Shown here piece by piece: positions 29,874 to 38,771 of a stretch of DNA of 64,000 bases; the first letter of the stretch is position 1, and each line of letters begins with the position of its first letter. The DNA is from Phycisphaerae bacterium (GTDB taxonomy: Bacteria > Planctomycetota > Phycisphaerae > UBA1845), in assembly GCA_963666835.2 (NCBI GenBank), contig CAXXGO010000001.1, positions 1,376,001 through 1,440,000 on the forward strand, written 5' to 3'. A model generated the notes under the pieces. The model saw only the letters and a list, made by a program, of their open reading frames with translations, had not been told where the DNA came from and made no database searches. A program made the translations under genes and the position numbers.

Positions 29874-32800
29874 TCAGTAGACGGGTGTGACCTCCCATAC
29901 GCTTCCCTCAAAGCGACTCATAGGGCCATCGCACAGCTCCTCGTCGGTCACCGTTGCTGCGTTATCCACGTCGCAGCAACTCCCGCCACGGGTGAGAATG
30001 ACGCGCCAGGTTCCTCCCGTGTCCTCACACTTGGCTTGCTCGGGGAAGGGCGGGCCGATGGCATCGTATGTCTCTCCATAGTAGTGCAGGGTGTCGTTGA
30101 TACCTTCGCCAACGAGATGGTATTGCACGGACTCGTCGCCGGTGAGTTTGGCAAACTCCACGTAGACGGCATAGCCCGTGTATCCAATCTCCAGATCGCG
30201 GCTGGTGATGCAGATTACGGTTGCAGAGTAGGTGTCGGGATTGCCCTCATTGAATTCGACCGTGGCCGTGCCGGACACGGAATCCTCGCTTACCGCCGCG
30301 ATAACCGTGGTGGTACCCTCCGCCGAGCTGGTCACGGTGATGACGGCCGATCCTGCGGACGTCGTGGTCGCAGGATTCGTTCCAGCCAGCGTACCCAGGG
30401 TCGTGTCGAACTCGATCTCCTTGCCTGACACGGGGTCGCCGGTTGGTTCATCCGTGTCGCCGTCTTCCCAGTAGCGTAAGGTGGCCGTCACCTCGGCGCT
30501 GCCTTCATCGGTAGGCTCGAACCACACGGCTGTGGGATCGGCTTCCACGATCATGCCGTACGGCTCCCCGAAGCGTACATACGCGACGTCCGATTCCACT
30601 AGGTCCTCGGTTACGAATGCTCGCACAGCCGCTCGGCCTTCCACGGCGCTGGACAGCTCGATGGTGGCCACGCCCTCATCGTCGGTGACAGCGGGATTGT
30701 CTCCGGTGAACGTACCCACGGACGTGTCAAGGGAGATGGCCTTGCCCGCTACAGGATCGCCCGTGGGCACGAGCAGGTCGCCCTCGCTGATGCGCTTGGC
30801 CGTCGCGGTGATCGTCGCGGTGGAGGTGCCGTCGGCGGGCAGGTGCTCGGCATCCGTTTCGAGGATGATTCCGTAGTCGTAGAAATCGATGACCACGTCG
30901 TTCTCACCGCAGACGATGGTGTGCACGACAATCTTGTCGCCCAATATCTGGCCGGCGGAGTTCTTGGCCGTAGCGGTGAAGGTGGCCTCGGCGCCGACGC
31001 GGAAGCCGATGATCGAGGCGGAGGAACCCGGCCTGTACTCCACTGCTTCCGGTGCCGACAGATCCGCGTCCGCAAATGACGTTTCCACAGTAACGCTATC
31101 GGTGTACGCCGGCAGTTCGTCGGAACGGACCGTCACCCACCCGAAACAGACCTCCACGTCATTGGTGTCGCAGTCCAGGCTGAACGTCTGCTCCGAAATG
31201 CCCACAACTTGCCCGTCGGCATCCGTGGCTTGCGAGACCGTGCCTATCCGTCCCGGGAGGACGTTCTCCAGTGTGTAGGTGTCTCCGGGGGCAAAGGAGA
31301 AGGACTCCGTCCAATCAACAGTGGGATCGAGGTGTTCCGCGTCGGAAGCGATCTCTGCCGTCGTCGGCGGGTATTGCGCCGTAACCTCAGCGACGGCGGA
31401 GCAAAATTCGAGATCCACCTCGTTGAGGCCGGCGTGCAGATCCACCGTTTCTTGCCCACTGGCCAGCGTAGCCCCGCCGGCATCCTGGGCGATAACTCTG
31501 AGCTCCGCCTCCGACGGCAGGATGTCGTCGAAGGTCACAGTCCCGCCGGTGACGATGGCACTCGTTACGTCGCCCGCCATGGTGGCGGCGGTGTAGGACA
31601 ACTCCACCACAATCTGATCCGTTTCCATCGGCGCCCCCGAGTCGTCCACCATTACGTCAGCCCAAGCGGGGAAGTGGAACTCGTTGGCTCCCGTGTACAA
31701 CATCAGAGTGGAATCACAGCCCTCGAAAGCACTGACGCCCATCCCCCCTGAGAGCAACCAATTGTGCGCCGCCTCGTCCGTCGGCGAGCGGTTCTGCACC
31801 ATTTTCCATAGCAGGGCGACCACCGAGCCGCAGCCGTCGACCCACGCCTCTTTATCGGACCAGCCGAGGAAATCCCCGCAGCCCTTGGCGATGAACGCGT
31901 GCTTGGCGGACCACGATCGACAGGATACGATATGCACGTGGCTGCCGGGTAGCTTGTTCATCTGCTCTTCCAGCAGGTCGCTCCGCACGAGGATGTGTTC
32001 GCTGTCGCCGGTGCGCTCGGGGTTCTTCAACGTGCATAAAAGCAGCTTGTGCTCGCGTTCCCACTCCTTGTATTGGGCCCAGCGTGCTTCTCCTACGATG
32101 GAGCTCATGTTGACGTTGTCGCAGCACTGCAAGTAGAAGTACCTGTTGGGGTTGAATGCTGTGCTGCAATAACCCCCGTGCCCGATCAGAACAATCACGC
32201 CGTAGTCTCCCAGGTTGAAGAAATCATCGGGCGTCACGGCCTTGTCGCCTGCCGCCCGGCGTTGGGTGATGTCGATCTCGTTTGCTTTCCAGCCTGCCGC
32301 GGTCAGGGTGTTGTAGGCTCGTGAGCAGATCCAGTCGGTGACCACCGTCTCACATGTGCCCAGAATCCGCACGCGTTTCGAGGAGGGAGTCTCCACGCCG
32401 CCGCCCGTCTTGGCGGCGATTACTCCGGGTGCCAAAGCACGCCGGCTTACTTCTGTCCACTTTCCCGCCATGGACTGCAAGGACCCGTCCGGCAGCGTCA
32501 ACTCCAACTGGTCGAGTCCCTCGAGCATGGCATCCTGGTCCAGCGTGTAGACTACACCCTGAGTTCCATCCGCGAAGTCGACGAAAATGCTATAGCCGTC
32601 TTCAGACAGGCTGGCCTGCGTGACGTTGGGGAATCCGTCGTTGAGCTGCGTGACTGTGGCGGTTCGTGCTTCCTCCTCGGTCAAAGTCGTCAGCGCCTGA
32701 TCGTACACCTCCTTGGCGGAACGAAGAGTCTGCACGTCCTCGTCGGAGAAGAGCGGCTCAGTGTTGCCCGGCGTGCCGTTCCCGTTGCCTGGTGCACAAG

Positions 32801-32879
32801 ACGAAAGCGCCGCCGCCGCGATCAGAAGACCAACTGCACATGCCGTACCCACTGTTACCTTCATAGTAATACCGATCAT
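29874..32879 (-). CDS. Large lipoprotein: possible clan CD (caspase/gingipain-like) peptidase domain plus bacterial Ig-like (Big_1/invasin-type) repeats
   Basis: Lipobox ALSS-C; VIVLIGHGG and HVHIVSCRS strand-end motifs; ADGTSTATITAT..PVAGKAI..TDDEGVATIEL repeats. Start uncertain (32864/32879/32921). Confidence 0.7.
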   Translation of the reverse strand: MIGITMKVTVGTACAVGLLIAAAALSSCAPGNGNGTPGNTEPLFSDEDVQTLRSAKEVYDQALTTLTEEEARTATVTQLNDGFPNVTQASLSEDGYSIFVDFADGTQGVVYTLDQDAMLEGLDQLELTLPDGSLQSMAGKWTEVSRRALAPGVIAAKTGGGVETPSSKRVRILGTCETVVTDWICSRAYNTLTAAGWKANEIDITQRRAAGDKAVTPDDFFNLGDYGVIVLIGHGGYCSTAFNPNRYFYLQCCDNVNMSSIVGEARWAQYKEWEREHKLLLCTLKNPERTGDSEHILVRSDLLEEQMNKLPGSHVHIVSCRSWSAKHAFIAKGCGDFLGWSDKEAWVDGCGSVVALLWKMVQNRSPTDEAAHNWLLSGGMGVSAFEGCDSTLMLYTGANEFHFPAWADVMVDDSGAPMETDQIVVELSYTAATMAGDVTSAIVTGGTVTFDDILPSEAELRVIAQDAGGATLASGQETVDLHAGLNEVDLEFCSAVAEVTAQYPPTTAEIASDAEHLDPTVDWTESFSFAPGDTYTLENVLPGRIGTVSQATDADGQVVGISEQTFSLDCDTNDVEVCFGWVTVRSDELPAYTDSVTVETSFADADLSAPEAVEYRPGSSASIIGFRVGAEATFTATAKNSAGQILGDKIVVHTIVCGENDVVIDFYDYGIILETDAEHLPADGTSTATITATAKRISEGDLLVPTGDPVAGKAISLDTSVGTFTGDNPAVTDDEGVATIELSSAVEGRAAVRAFVTEDLVESDVAYVRFGEPYGMIVEADPTAVWFEPTDEGSAEVTATLRYWEDGDTDEPTGDPVSGKEIEFDTTLGTLAGTNPATTTSAGSAVITVTSSAEGTTTVIAAVSEDSVSGTATVEFNEGNPDTYSATVICITSRDLEIGYTGYAVYVEFAKLTGDESVQYHLVGEGINDTLHYYGETYDAIGPPFPEQAKCEDTGGTWRVILTRGGSCCDVDNAATVTDEELCDGPMSRFEGSVWEVTPVY

Positions 32880-33110
32880 GTCTATTCTCCGCGTTCCTGA
32901 CCCGCTCCCCACGGGATACATGCTCGTGGATTACGGCTCCCCCGTTAAGCGCACTGTAACTCTGACGCGTCCGCCAACGCAAGACCGCGATGGCATATTC
33001 AAGTCGGTGGTTTTGCACCTTGGATCTTGTGCGGGTGTGCAAAGGGCGCATGTGGGCACGGGGGACGAATAATGGCAGGGCGCAGGATTTAGACGCCTAT
33101 GGTGTGTTCA

Positions 33111-33420
33111 CTAAGCAGACGCTGATTCCCCGGTTCCTGCAGGTTCTCGTCAAGTCCAGCCAAGGCCAAGATCGGAGATGTGAGGGCGACGGAGGCCGAG
33201 CGTGGGCAAGCCGAGTGTCGAGAAGGAACGTCACTCGCTGGAGGTCGTGGCCCGCCATGAACGGAGCGGGAGGAAGGTCCCGGTGTTCTGCGATCAGGAA
33301 CAAGCCAAGGACTGGCAATTCTCTTTGTGGCGACGCGAGCTGCGGCACCGTGATGTCGGTCAAGCGGCGAATCGGAACAGCCGCTCGCGTGGCGCTCGCG
33401 TTGGTCCTTTAGGGGCAACC
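33111..33420 (+). pseudogene. IS66-family remnant (left end and degenerate tnpA accessory ORF)
   Basis: GTG 33202 after GGAGG reads ..VARHERSGRKVPVFCDQEQAKDWQFSLWRREL, like IS66 TnpA (SGxxxxxFC...F..WRRxL). CTAAGCAGACG at 33111 resembles a decayed GTAAGC end. No tnpB/tnpC follow. Confidence 0.5.
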
Positions 33421-33885
33421 GCAGGTACTCTTCGGTTTGTCGAACAGGTCGCGGCGGCGGTTGTTTGGGGAGCCTCAGATTCCGTTCTTCCAGGCTCACC
33501 TCTTGTTGTGTTTCCGACTCCGTGTATCGCGGCATCACCAGTTTGCGTCCGTAATGGGAATAGGCACGTCGACCTGCTGGATGCTCCCCAGAGAGCGCTA
33601 GCCCCCAGTTGCCACCGGTGTTGCTCATGCCTGCGACGATGACCGCGCGGGCCACGAGCGCATTCGTGACACGCGCTTGTCCGGTGGCGCCGGATCCCGC
33701 CGTGCCCACCCAACCCACACCGGCCGGCGACAGGCATGCACGTCCCACGTTCTGCCCCACACGAACGCCGTCACCTCTGAGCAGCCACCCCGACCCCAAC
33801 GACCCCGCGGCGAGGCAAGCTCAGCGATAGACTGCTCGGGTTGGGAAGACGACTCGAAAGGCCGTGCCCGTTTGTTCTCTGCGAC

Positions 33886-33913
33886 TTGACGTCTGGGTTG
33901 GCAACAGTACAAT
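33886..33913 (+). promoter_or_regulatory. sigma70-like promoter
   Basis: TTGACG-16 nt-TACAAT upstream of the 34006 gene. Confidence 0.5.
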
Positions 33914-34005
33914 AATGCCCTTAGTATACCCAAGGACTATATAGTTTTGCTGCAGATTATCGTGCGCGGCGAGATCCGCGGCGAGTTCATGAAAGGAATT
34001 CGACG

Positions 34006-36585
34006 ATGACAATCCGGATAGTGAAGCCGTGGCTGGCGACGGTCGCTTCGCTGCTACTATGTGCGATGATCGCTTGCTCGGTTACGGTCGTCCCGGATGA
34101 TGACGGCGTCTCCGGCACGGTAACCATTGCCAACAAGACGTTCAGTTTCAAACTCGGATCCACAGGAGTCTTCGAGATTCGGGCGGACGGAACGAGTGCC
34201 CGCAACGCAGCCCAAGTCCAACCGCTGTTCTCCGAACCGGCCGAAACGCCCGCCAGCGGTGTCATTGCGATCGATTTGAACGACATCGACGTTGTGCCGC
34301 TGGATGTGAGCAAGGTGATTGTTTCATCGCAGATCATATCCGGATCAGCTCAGCTTGCCGTCTACATCGGATCGGCCAGCTCGGAGAACCCGTGCACCGA
34401 GGGTACGTATGTCGGCGCCTTTGCTCTTGCCATCACCGATGGTGTGGTCACCGTCGACGACGCTGAACTTGACTTGCCGGCCGCGGCGCTGGCGGAGGTG
34501 ATCACCGGTACGTTCAGCATCTGCCTCGAGATGACAGGCACGGTCGACATGCAGATCACTATTGACGGAATGGACATCGAGTTCGGACCTGCCGCGGAGA
34601 GTCCCGATGTGCCCGGTACGTGCACGGACGATAGCGACTGTGCTTCCGGCGAGACATGTGTCGACGGAGATTGCGTGGAAGACACGAGCGAGACCTGCAC
34701 GACCGACTCGGATTGCGGAACAGATGAAACGTGCGAGGGTGGCCAGTGTGTCGAAGCGACAGGACCCGACTGCGACTCTGACGGAGATTGCGACGCCGGT
34801 TATCGCTGCACCGACGGTGTGTGCGTGCCCGATACGACCGCCGAGTGTACGAGCGACGGCGATTGTGCAGGCGACGAGACGTGCGTCGAGGGTGAATGCG
34901 TCGCATCGTCGACCACGGGCTGCACCGAAGATGCCGACTGTCAAGCCGACGAAGTGTGTACCGATGGCGAGTGCGTGACGGCAGAGGAGAATGCCTGCGA
35001 TACTGACGCCGATTGCGAGTCCGGTGAAGTATGCGTCGCGGGCGAATGTGTTACCCAGACTATCGCCGAGACGGCCGAGATCGAGTATCGCCAGACGATG
35101 ACCGTTCTGGTCAACGTCGATGACGTAGACGACTACCTAGCCGACGAGCCCCATGAGTGCGGCCACGCGGTGGTCAGCGCGGACGGCTCCACGGTCGCGT
35201 TCAAATCCTGGGTGGACGGCTGGCGGGTCCCGGACGCCACGGATGAAGTCCACACGTACGTCATCAATGCGGATGGGACGGGCCTGACCGACCTGACCGG
35301 ACTCATGCCGGCGGATATGCGGCCCGATACGTTGAGCGAACTGCTGCTCAACGACGACGGCACGCGCCTATTTGCGCGGTACAACGCCAACATCTACTAC
35401 ATCAATCTTCCTTCCGGTGCCTGGACGCTGGCGGTGGCGGAACAAGACAGCCTCGGCAGCATGGGCGGCCACAAACCCTTCATGATAAACGGGGCAGGCA
35501 CCAGAACGTACTTCCTGGAGGATGAGGGCTGGAACGAGGTGACAGAGAAGTACGACCGTGGCATATACTACGCCGACCTGGGCGGATCGCCGGTCTCCCT
35601 TGTGAACCTCGATGAACTCCCCACACCGACTGCTACCCCCATGAACATGATCGATCTTAAGGGGAACGCCGCCGATGGCACGGTGTTGTTTACATGGAAC
35701 GAAGACTACTATGCCGGCAACTCGATCGGCCTTTGGAAGGCCGGCCCATCCGGCGGCGCCGAGCGGGTCGACGCGACCACGCACAATTACATGTATTCCG
35801 TGCAGGATATGCCCAACAAGATCGTCACGGCAGATGCAAGCCTGGCTCTGTACCACTGGGGCACGGCGGATAACGAGTTCACGCTTGATCTGATTGACAT
35901 GGACACGGGATCCACGACCACGCTGGCGACCGACAGCGGCCTGAACGGTTTGAGCAACTTCGCGCTGTCTGGTGACGGCAAGTATGCTCGCTATTCGCTG
36001 CCCGGTGTCAGTTGTGCCCTGCACGACCTGACCACCGGCGATCGCCGGGAGACCATCTCGTACTACACGAGTTTCACCACGTGGCCTACCGAACTCTCGG
36101 ACCTGACAGACGATGGGCGGTACCAGTTCCAGACGGACACGGACTACACCAAAATCTACAAGACCGATTTCAGACCCGGCGAAGGGCCCTATACGGCCGC
36201 ACCGAGCATCAGCGCGATTGCGTTCAGCGCGGAGGATATACCCAACGACGAGTCCACGACGATCACGATCGCGGCCACGGTGTCGGACCCGAACGGTTTG
36301 AGCACCATCACAAGCGTCAAGTGGATTCCGATGTTTGAAGGGCAAGAGGACGTGGCAGGAGACGCGCCACTCATCGGTGACACACATACAATGTACGACG
36401 ACGGTACCCACGGGGACGCAGCCGCCGGCGACGGGACATACACGCAAAATACGATCCGGACCCGCTCCAGCAGCTCCTACTTCACAGAAGTAACACTACC
36501 CTACGCGTTCGGCCTACGGATCTTGGCTACCGACGAGGATGGCAATCACACTATCGCCGACACGCGGCTTACGGTAACGGAGTAG
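34006..36585 (+). CDS. Lipoprotein with six Cys-rich repeats, beta-propeller-like region and C-terminal choice-of-anchor X-like domain
   Basis: Lipobox MIA-C; six CxxDxDCxxxxxCxxGxC repeats; SADGS/INADGTG/SGDGKY propeller blades; MYDDGTHGDAAAGDGTYT. RBS AAGGA. Confidence 0.8.
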   Translation: MTIRIVKPWLATVASLLLCAMIACSVTVVPDDDGVSGTVTIANKTFSFKLGSTGVFEIRADGTSARNAAQVQPLFSEPAETPASGVIAIDLNDIDVVPLDVSKVIVSSQIISGSAQLAVYIGSASSENPCTEGTYVGAFALAITDGVVTVDDAELDLPAAALAEVITGTFSICLEMTGTVDMQITIDGMDIEFGPAAESPDVPGTCTDDSDCASGETCVDGDCVEDTSETCTTDSDCGTDETCEGGQCVEATGPDCDSDGDCDAGYRCTDGVCVPDTTAECTSDGDCAGDETCVEGECVASSTTGCTEDADCQADEVCTDGECVTAEENACDTDADCESGEVCVAGECVTQTIAETAEIEYRQTMTVLVNVDDVDDYLADEPHECGHAVVSADGSTVAFKSWVDGWRVPDATDEVHTYVINADGTGLTDLTGLMPADMRPDTLSELLLNDDGTRLFARYNANIYYINLPSGAWTLAVAEQDSLGSMGGHKPFMINGAGTRTYFLEDEGWNEVTEKYDRGIYYADLGGSPVSLVNLDELPTPTATPMNMIDLKGNAADGTVLFTWNEDYYAGNSIGLWKAGPSGGAERVDATTHNYMYSVQDMPNKIVTADASLALYHWGTADNEFTLDLIDMDTGSTTTLATDSGLNGLSNFALSGDGKYARYSLPGVSCALHDLTTGDRRETISYYTSFTTWPTELSDLTDDGRYQFQTDTDYTKIYKTDFRPGEGPYTAAPSISAIAFSAEDIPNDESTTITIAATVSDPNGLSTITSVKWIPMFEGQEDVAGDAPLIGDTHTMYDDGTHGDAAAGDGTYTQNTIRTRSSSSYFTEVTLPYAFGLRILATDEDGNHTIADTRLTVTE

Positions 36586-36621
36586 CACGCCGGCGTTAAA
36601 GGAACAAGAACACGCAGCCAA

Positions 36622-36773
36622 GTAGGTCGGGCTCGGCCCAATGGTATTAACCTCGTCAGGCCGCCATGCGGGCAACCGTCCCGAAGGGACTTCGGGCACT
36701 TAGCCACGGGTGGAGCGAAGCGGAACCCATGGGTGAGATTCGCTCCCCACGTGCTCCCGTCCCGAAGGGCCGG
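36622..36773 (-). repeat. 152-bp inverted repeat, right copy (begins with a forward GTAG REP)
   Basis: Reverse complement of 29618-29769. Confidence 0.9.
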
Positions 36774-36787
36774 CGGACTGTTTCAGA

Positions 36788-36891
36788 CGGGTGGCCCACG
36801 TCCTTTTGTCTTTGCCGCGCGGCCCGAATCTCCGCGGGCTGTTCAATGGCACTCCCACTGGACGTGGGGGAGCCGATGATCAGCGGTCGAC
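36788..36891 (+). repeat. Copy of the GGTG-headed long-loop hairpin element
   Basis: Highly similar to 20734-20837. Confidence 0.88.
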
Positions 36892-36919
36892 AATCACTTC
36901 GGAGGTTTCGCCACCACGC

Positions 36920-37016
36920 CGCAACCCCCGTTGGGGTTGTTCGGGGGTCTAACCATGATCCCAGGGTAGCCGCTTCGCGGCAACCCTGGGCTGCAGGGCG
37001 CAACGCCGTTGGCGTA
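36920..37016. repeat. Triple-hairpin palindromic element (resembles IS200/Y1-associated repeats)
   Basis: CAACCCCCGTTGGGGTTG, CCCAGGGTAGCCGCTTCGCGGCAACCCTGGG and ACGCCGTTGGCGT. Confidence 0.65.
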
Positions 37017-37081
37017 CTCGGACGGGACGCAGTCCGCACATCAGAGAGGACTTTCTCGTCTCGTCTGCCAAGGTCAGTATC

Positions 37082-37102
37082 ATTGAGCGCAGCCCCACCT
37101 AC
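37082..37102 (-). repeat. Degenerate GTAG REP
   Basis: ATTGAGCGCAGCCCCACCTAC followed by CGTGCTAG, the same flank as at 27321-27328. Confidence 0.65.
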
Positions 37103-37106
37103 CGTG

Positions 37107-38033
37107 CTAGTCTGCATCAGAATCAGGCGACCGATCAACGTCTTCCGGCGGGTCTTGAACCGAACTCCGAAGCACCTCGCGCACAGCGTCGTGAAAGGTC
37201 AGTGCGCCATCCATCAGGCACTGCACGGCACGCGACGGAAACAGCACGGCGACGGCCTCGGCTGCTTGCACGGCAATCCCGGCTGACTCGTGGTGCATGA
37301 GAGGCACGACGAAGTCCTCGAACTCCTGCAAACGGCGATCTTTGATGCAGTACAGCGCTGGCAAAAGGACACTCTCCTCCGATGGCCAGCGGTCCACCGT
37401 TTGGCGAATCCGCTCGACCGTCCATTCTCTATCGAGATCCGCATACCATACGAGATAGAGGCCTTCCGAAGCCACCTTCACACTAGAGTCTCCAGAAGCG
37501 CGTTCGAGGATCGTTGCAGCAAACGCATCGGACACAGACAAGGCTGCCCTCATCACGCGCAAACAGTCCGATTCGTCGCCCTCATCGAGAATCTCCAGCA
37601 GCCACTCTGCCAGCGAACCATCGTCGGCATCTACACACGGAATGGCAGAAACCGCTGCACCACGAGCGGCTCCGCCCAAACCTAAGGCGCGCTCGACGAA
37701 ATATCTGGGAATCGCGCTGGTATACTCGTTCTCCGCGAGGAGTCGCAGGCTCCACGCAACTTGGTCATTGTCGCTCGCGCAGGTCACGACGCTTTCAAGG
37801 CGCGCAACAACAGGTCCGGGCAGTGGCATTACTCTGAGACATTCATATGCCGCCTCGCATATGCAGTCGGTCTCTCTGAGCAGCACATCCACGAGATCGT
37901 CAGGGCAGTCAGAGAGGCTTCCTATAGCTTCGTGTACGAGCGGCGCACGGTCGCACTTCCACCGCGGTTCCGCTACCAATTGCCTCAACCGGAAAAGCGC
38001 ACGCTCTTTGCGGCTCATGTAAACCCCACCCAA
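37107..38033 (-). CDS. Hypothetical HEAT-repeat-like protein
   Basis: 308-aa all-helical-looking ORF filling the space between two REPs. Start is 38033 or ATG 38018. Confidence 0.65.
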   Translation of the reverse strand: MGGVYMSRKERALFRLRQLVAEPRWKCDRAPLVHEAIGSLSDCPDDLVDVLLRETDCICEAAYECLRVMPLPGPVVARLESVVTCASDNDQVAWSLRLLAENEYTSAIPRYFVERALGLGGAARGAAVSAIPCVDADDGSLAEWLLEILDEGDESDCLRVMRAALSVSDAFAATILERASGDSSVKVASEGLYLVWYADLDREWTVERIRQTVDRWPSEESVLLPALYCIKDRRLQEFEDFVVPLMHHESAGIAVQAAEAVAVLFPSRAVQCLMDGALTFHDAVREVLRSSVQDPPEDVDRSPDSDAD

Positions 38034-38064
38034 CTAATGCGGAGGCTCCTCGCTGAGAAGCCAA

Positions 38065-38085
38065 GTAGGTCAAGCTCGGCCCGAC
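38065..38085 (+). repeat. GTAG REP (forward)
   Basis: GTAGGTCAAGCTCGGCCCGAC followed by GCCTCCC, as at 27374. Confidence 0.8.
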
Positions 38086-38142
38086 GCCTCCCTATCCTAT
38101 TGCGCGGAGCCTACGATTCCATTAGATAGACGCGGCGGCAGG

Positions 38143-38553
38143 CTAGATCGCCGTGCCACATTCCGGGCACCGAGGTTCTGTCAGTCCCCTGAGGATGTAC
38201 CCACAGTTACCGCACCGTGTATATCCATCCGGTGTTCCACGTCCGATTCGTGTTATCAGAACGAACACGGCAACGGACAGCAGACTGCTGGTGCCGGCAA
38301 CGATAGCGAAGCGCATCACATAGAAGGTCTCTGTCGCATATATACCTTGAGCATGATAGCTGCTTCGGGCTGCAAGTCTCGGGTGGAACCAGCTCGCGAT
38401 TCTCTCCGCAGCAGAAAACGTCCAATCGTGGGCATCATGCATTGCGCAAGTCGTCAACGAGAGGAAGCCAGCCGAGATCAGGATCGCTAGAACCATCCGC
38501 CTGCCGGTACGCCACCTTCGAGACCGACCTCTGGCGAACGTTGAGAGGTTCAT
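38143..38553 (-). CDS. Small membrane protein with C-terminal zinc ribbon
   Basis: Two hydrophobic helices and CGNCGYILRGLTEPRCPECG. Confidence 0.8.
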   Translation of the reverse strand: MNLSTFARGRSRRWRTGRRMVLAILISAGFLSLTTCAMHDAHDWTFSAAERIASWFHPRLAARSSYHAQGIYATETFYVMRFAIVAGTSSLLSVAVFVLITRIGRGTPDGYTRCGNCGYILRGLTEPRCPECGTAI

Positions 38554-38714
38554 CGGCCGGTCTGCCTGGGATGGGCAATCGTCCTAGATTTCAGCGGAGA
38601 CAAGTCATCGGCACAGGTCGGAACGACACGACAGGTCCCAAGCGACCGAGCATACGCAGCCATACTCAAACTCCGAAACGAATGGTTGACGGTTTCGATT
38701 GTCTCCAGGCTTCC

Positions 38715-38735
38715 GTCGGGCTGAGCCCGACCTGC
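38715..38735 (-). repeat. REP (reverse)
   Basis: GTCGGGCTGAGCCCGACCTGC, with flanks matching the 29551 copy (TTCC...CGCGCT). Confidence 0.8.
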
Positions 38736-38771
38736 CGCGCTCGATGACAACTCGGTGTCAGGTCGTGTCGA

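Noticed and set aside
27300..38735. CRISPR array interpretation of the 21-nt palindromic repeats
   Set aside because: Spacing is irregular, both orientations occur, the repeats have GTAG heads and an adjacent RAYT, and there are no cas genes. These are REPs.
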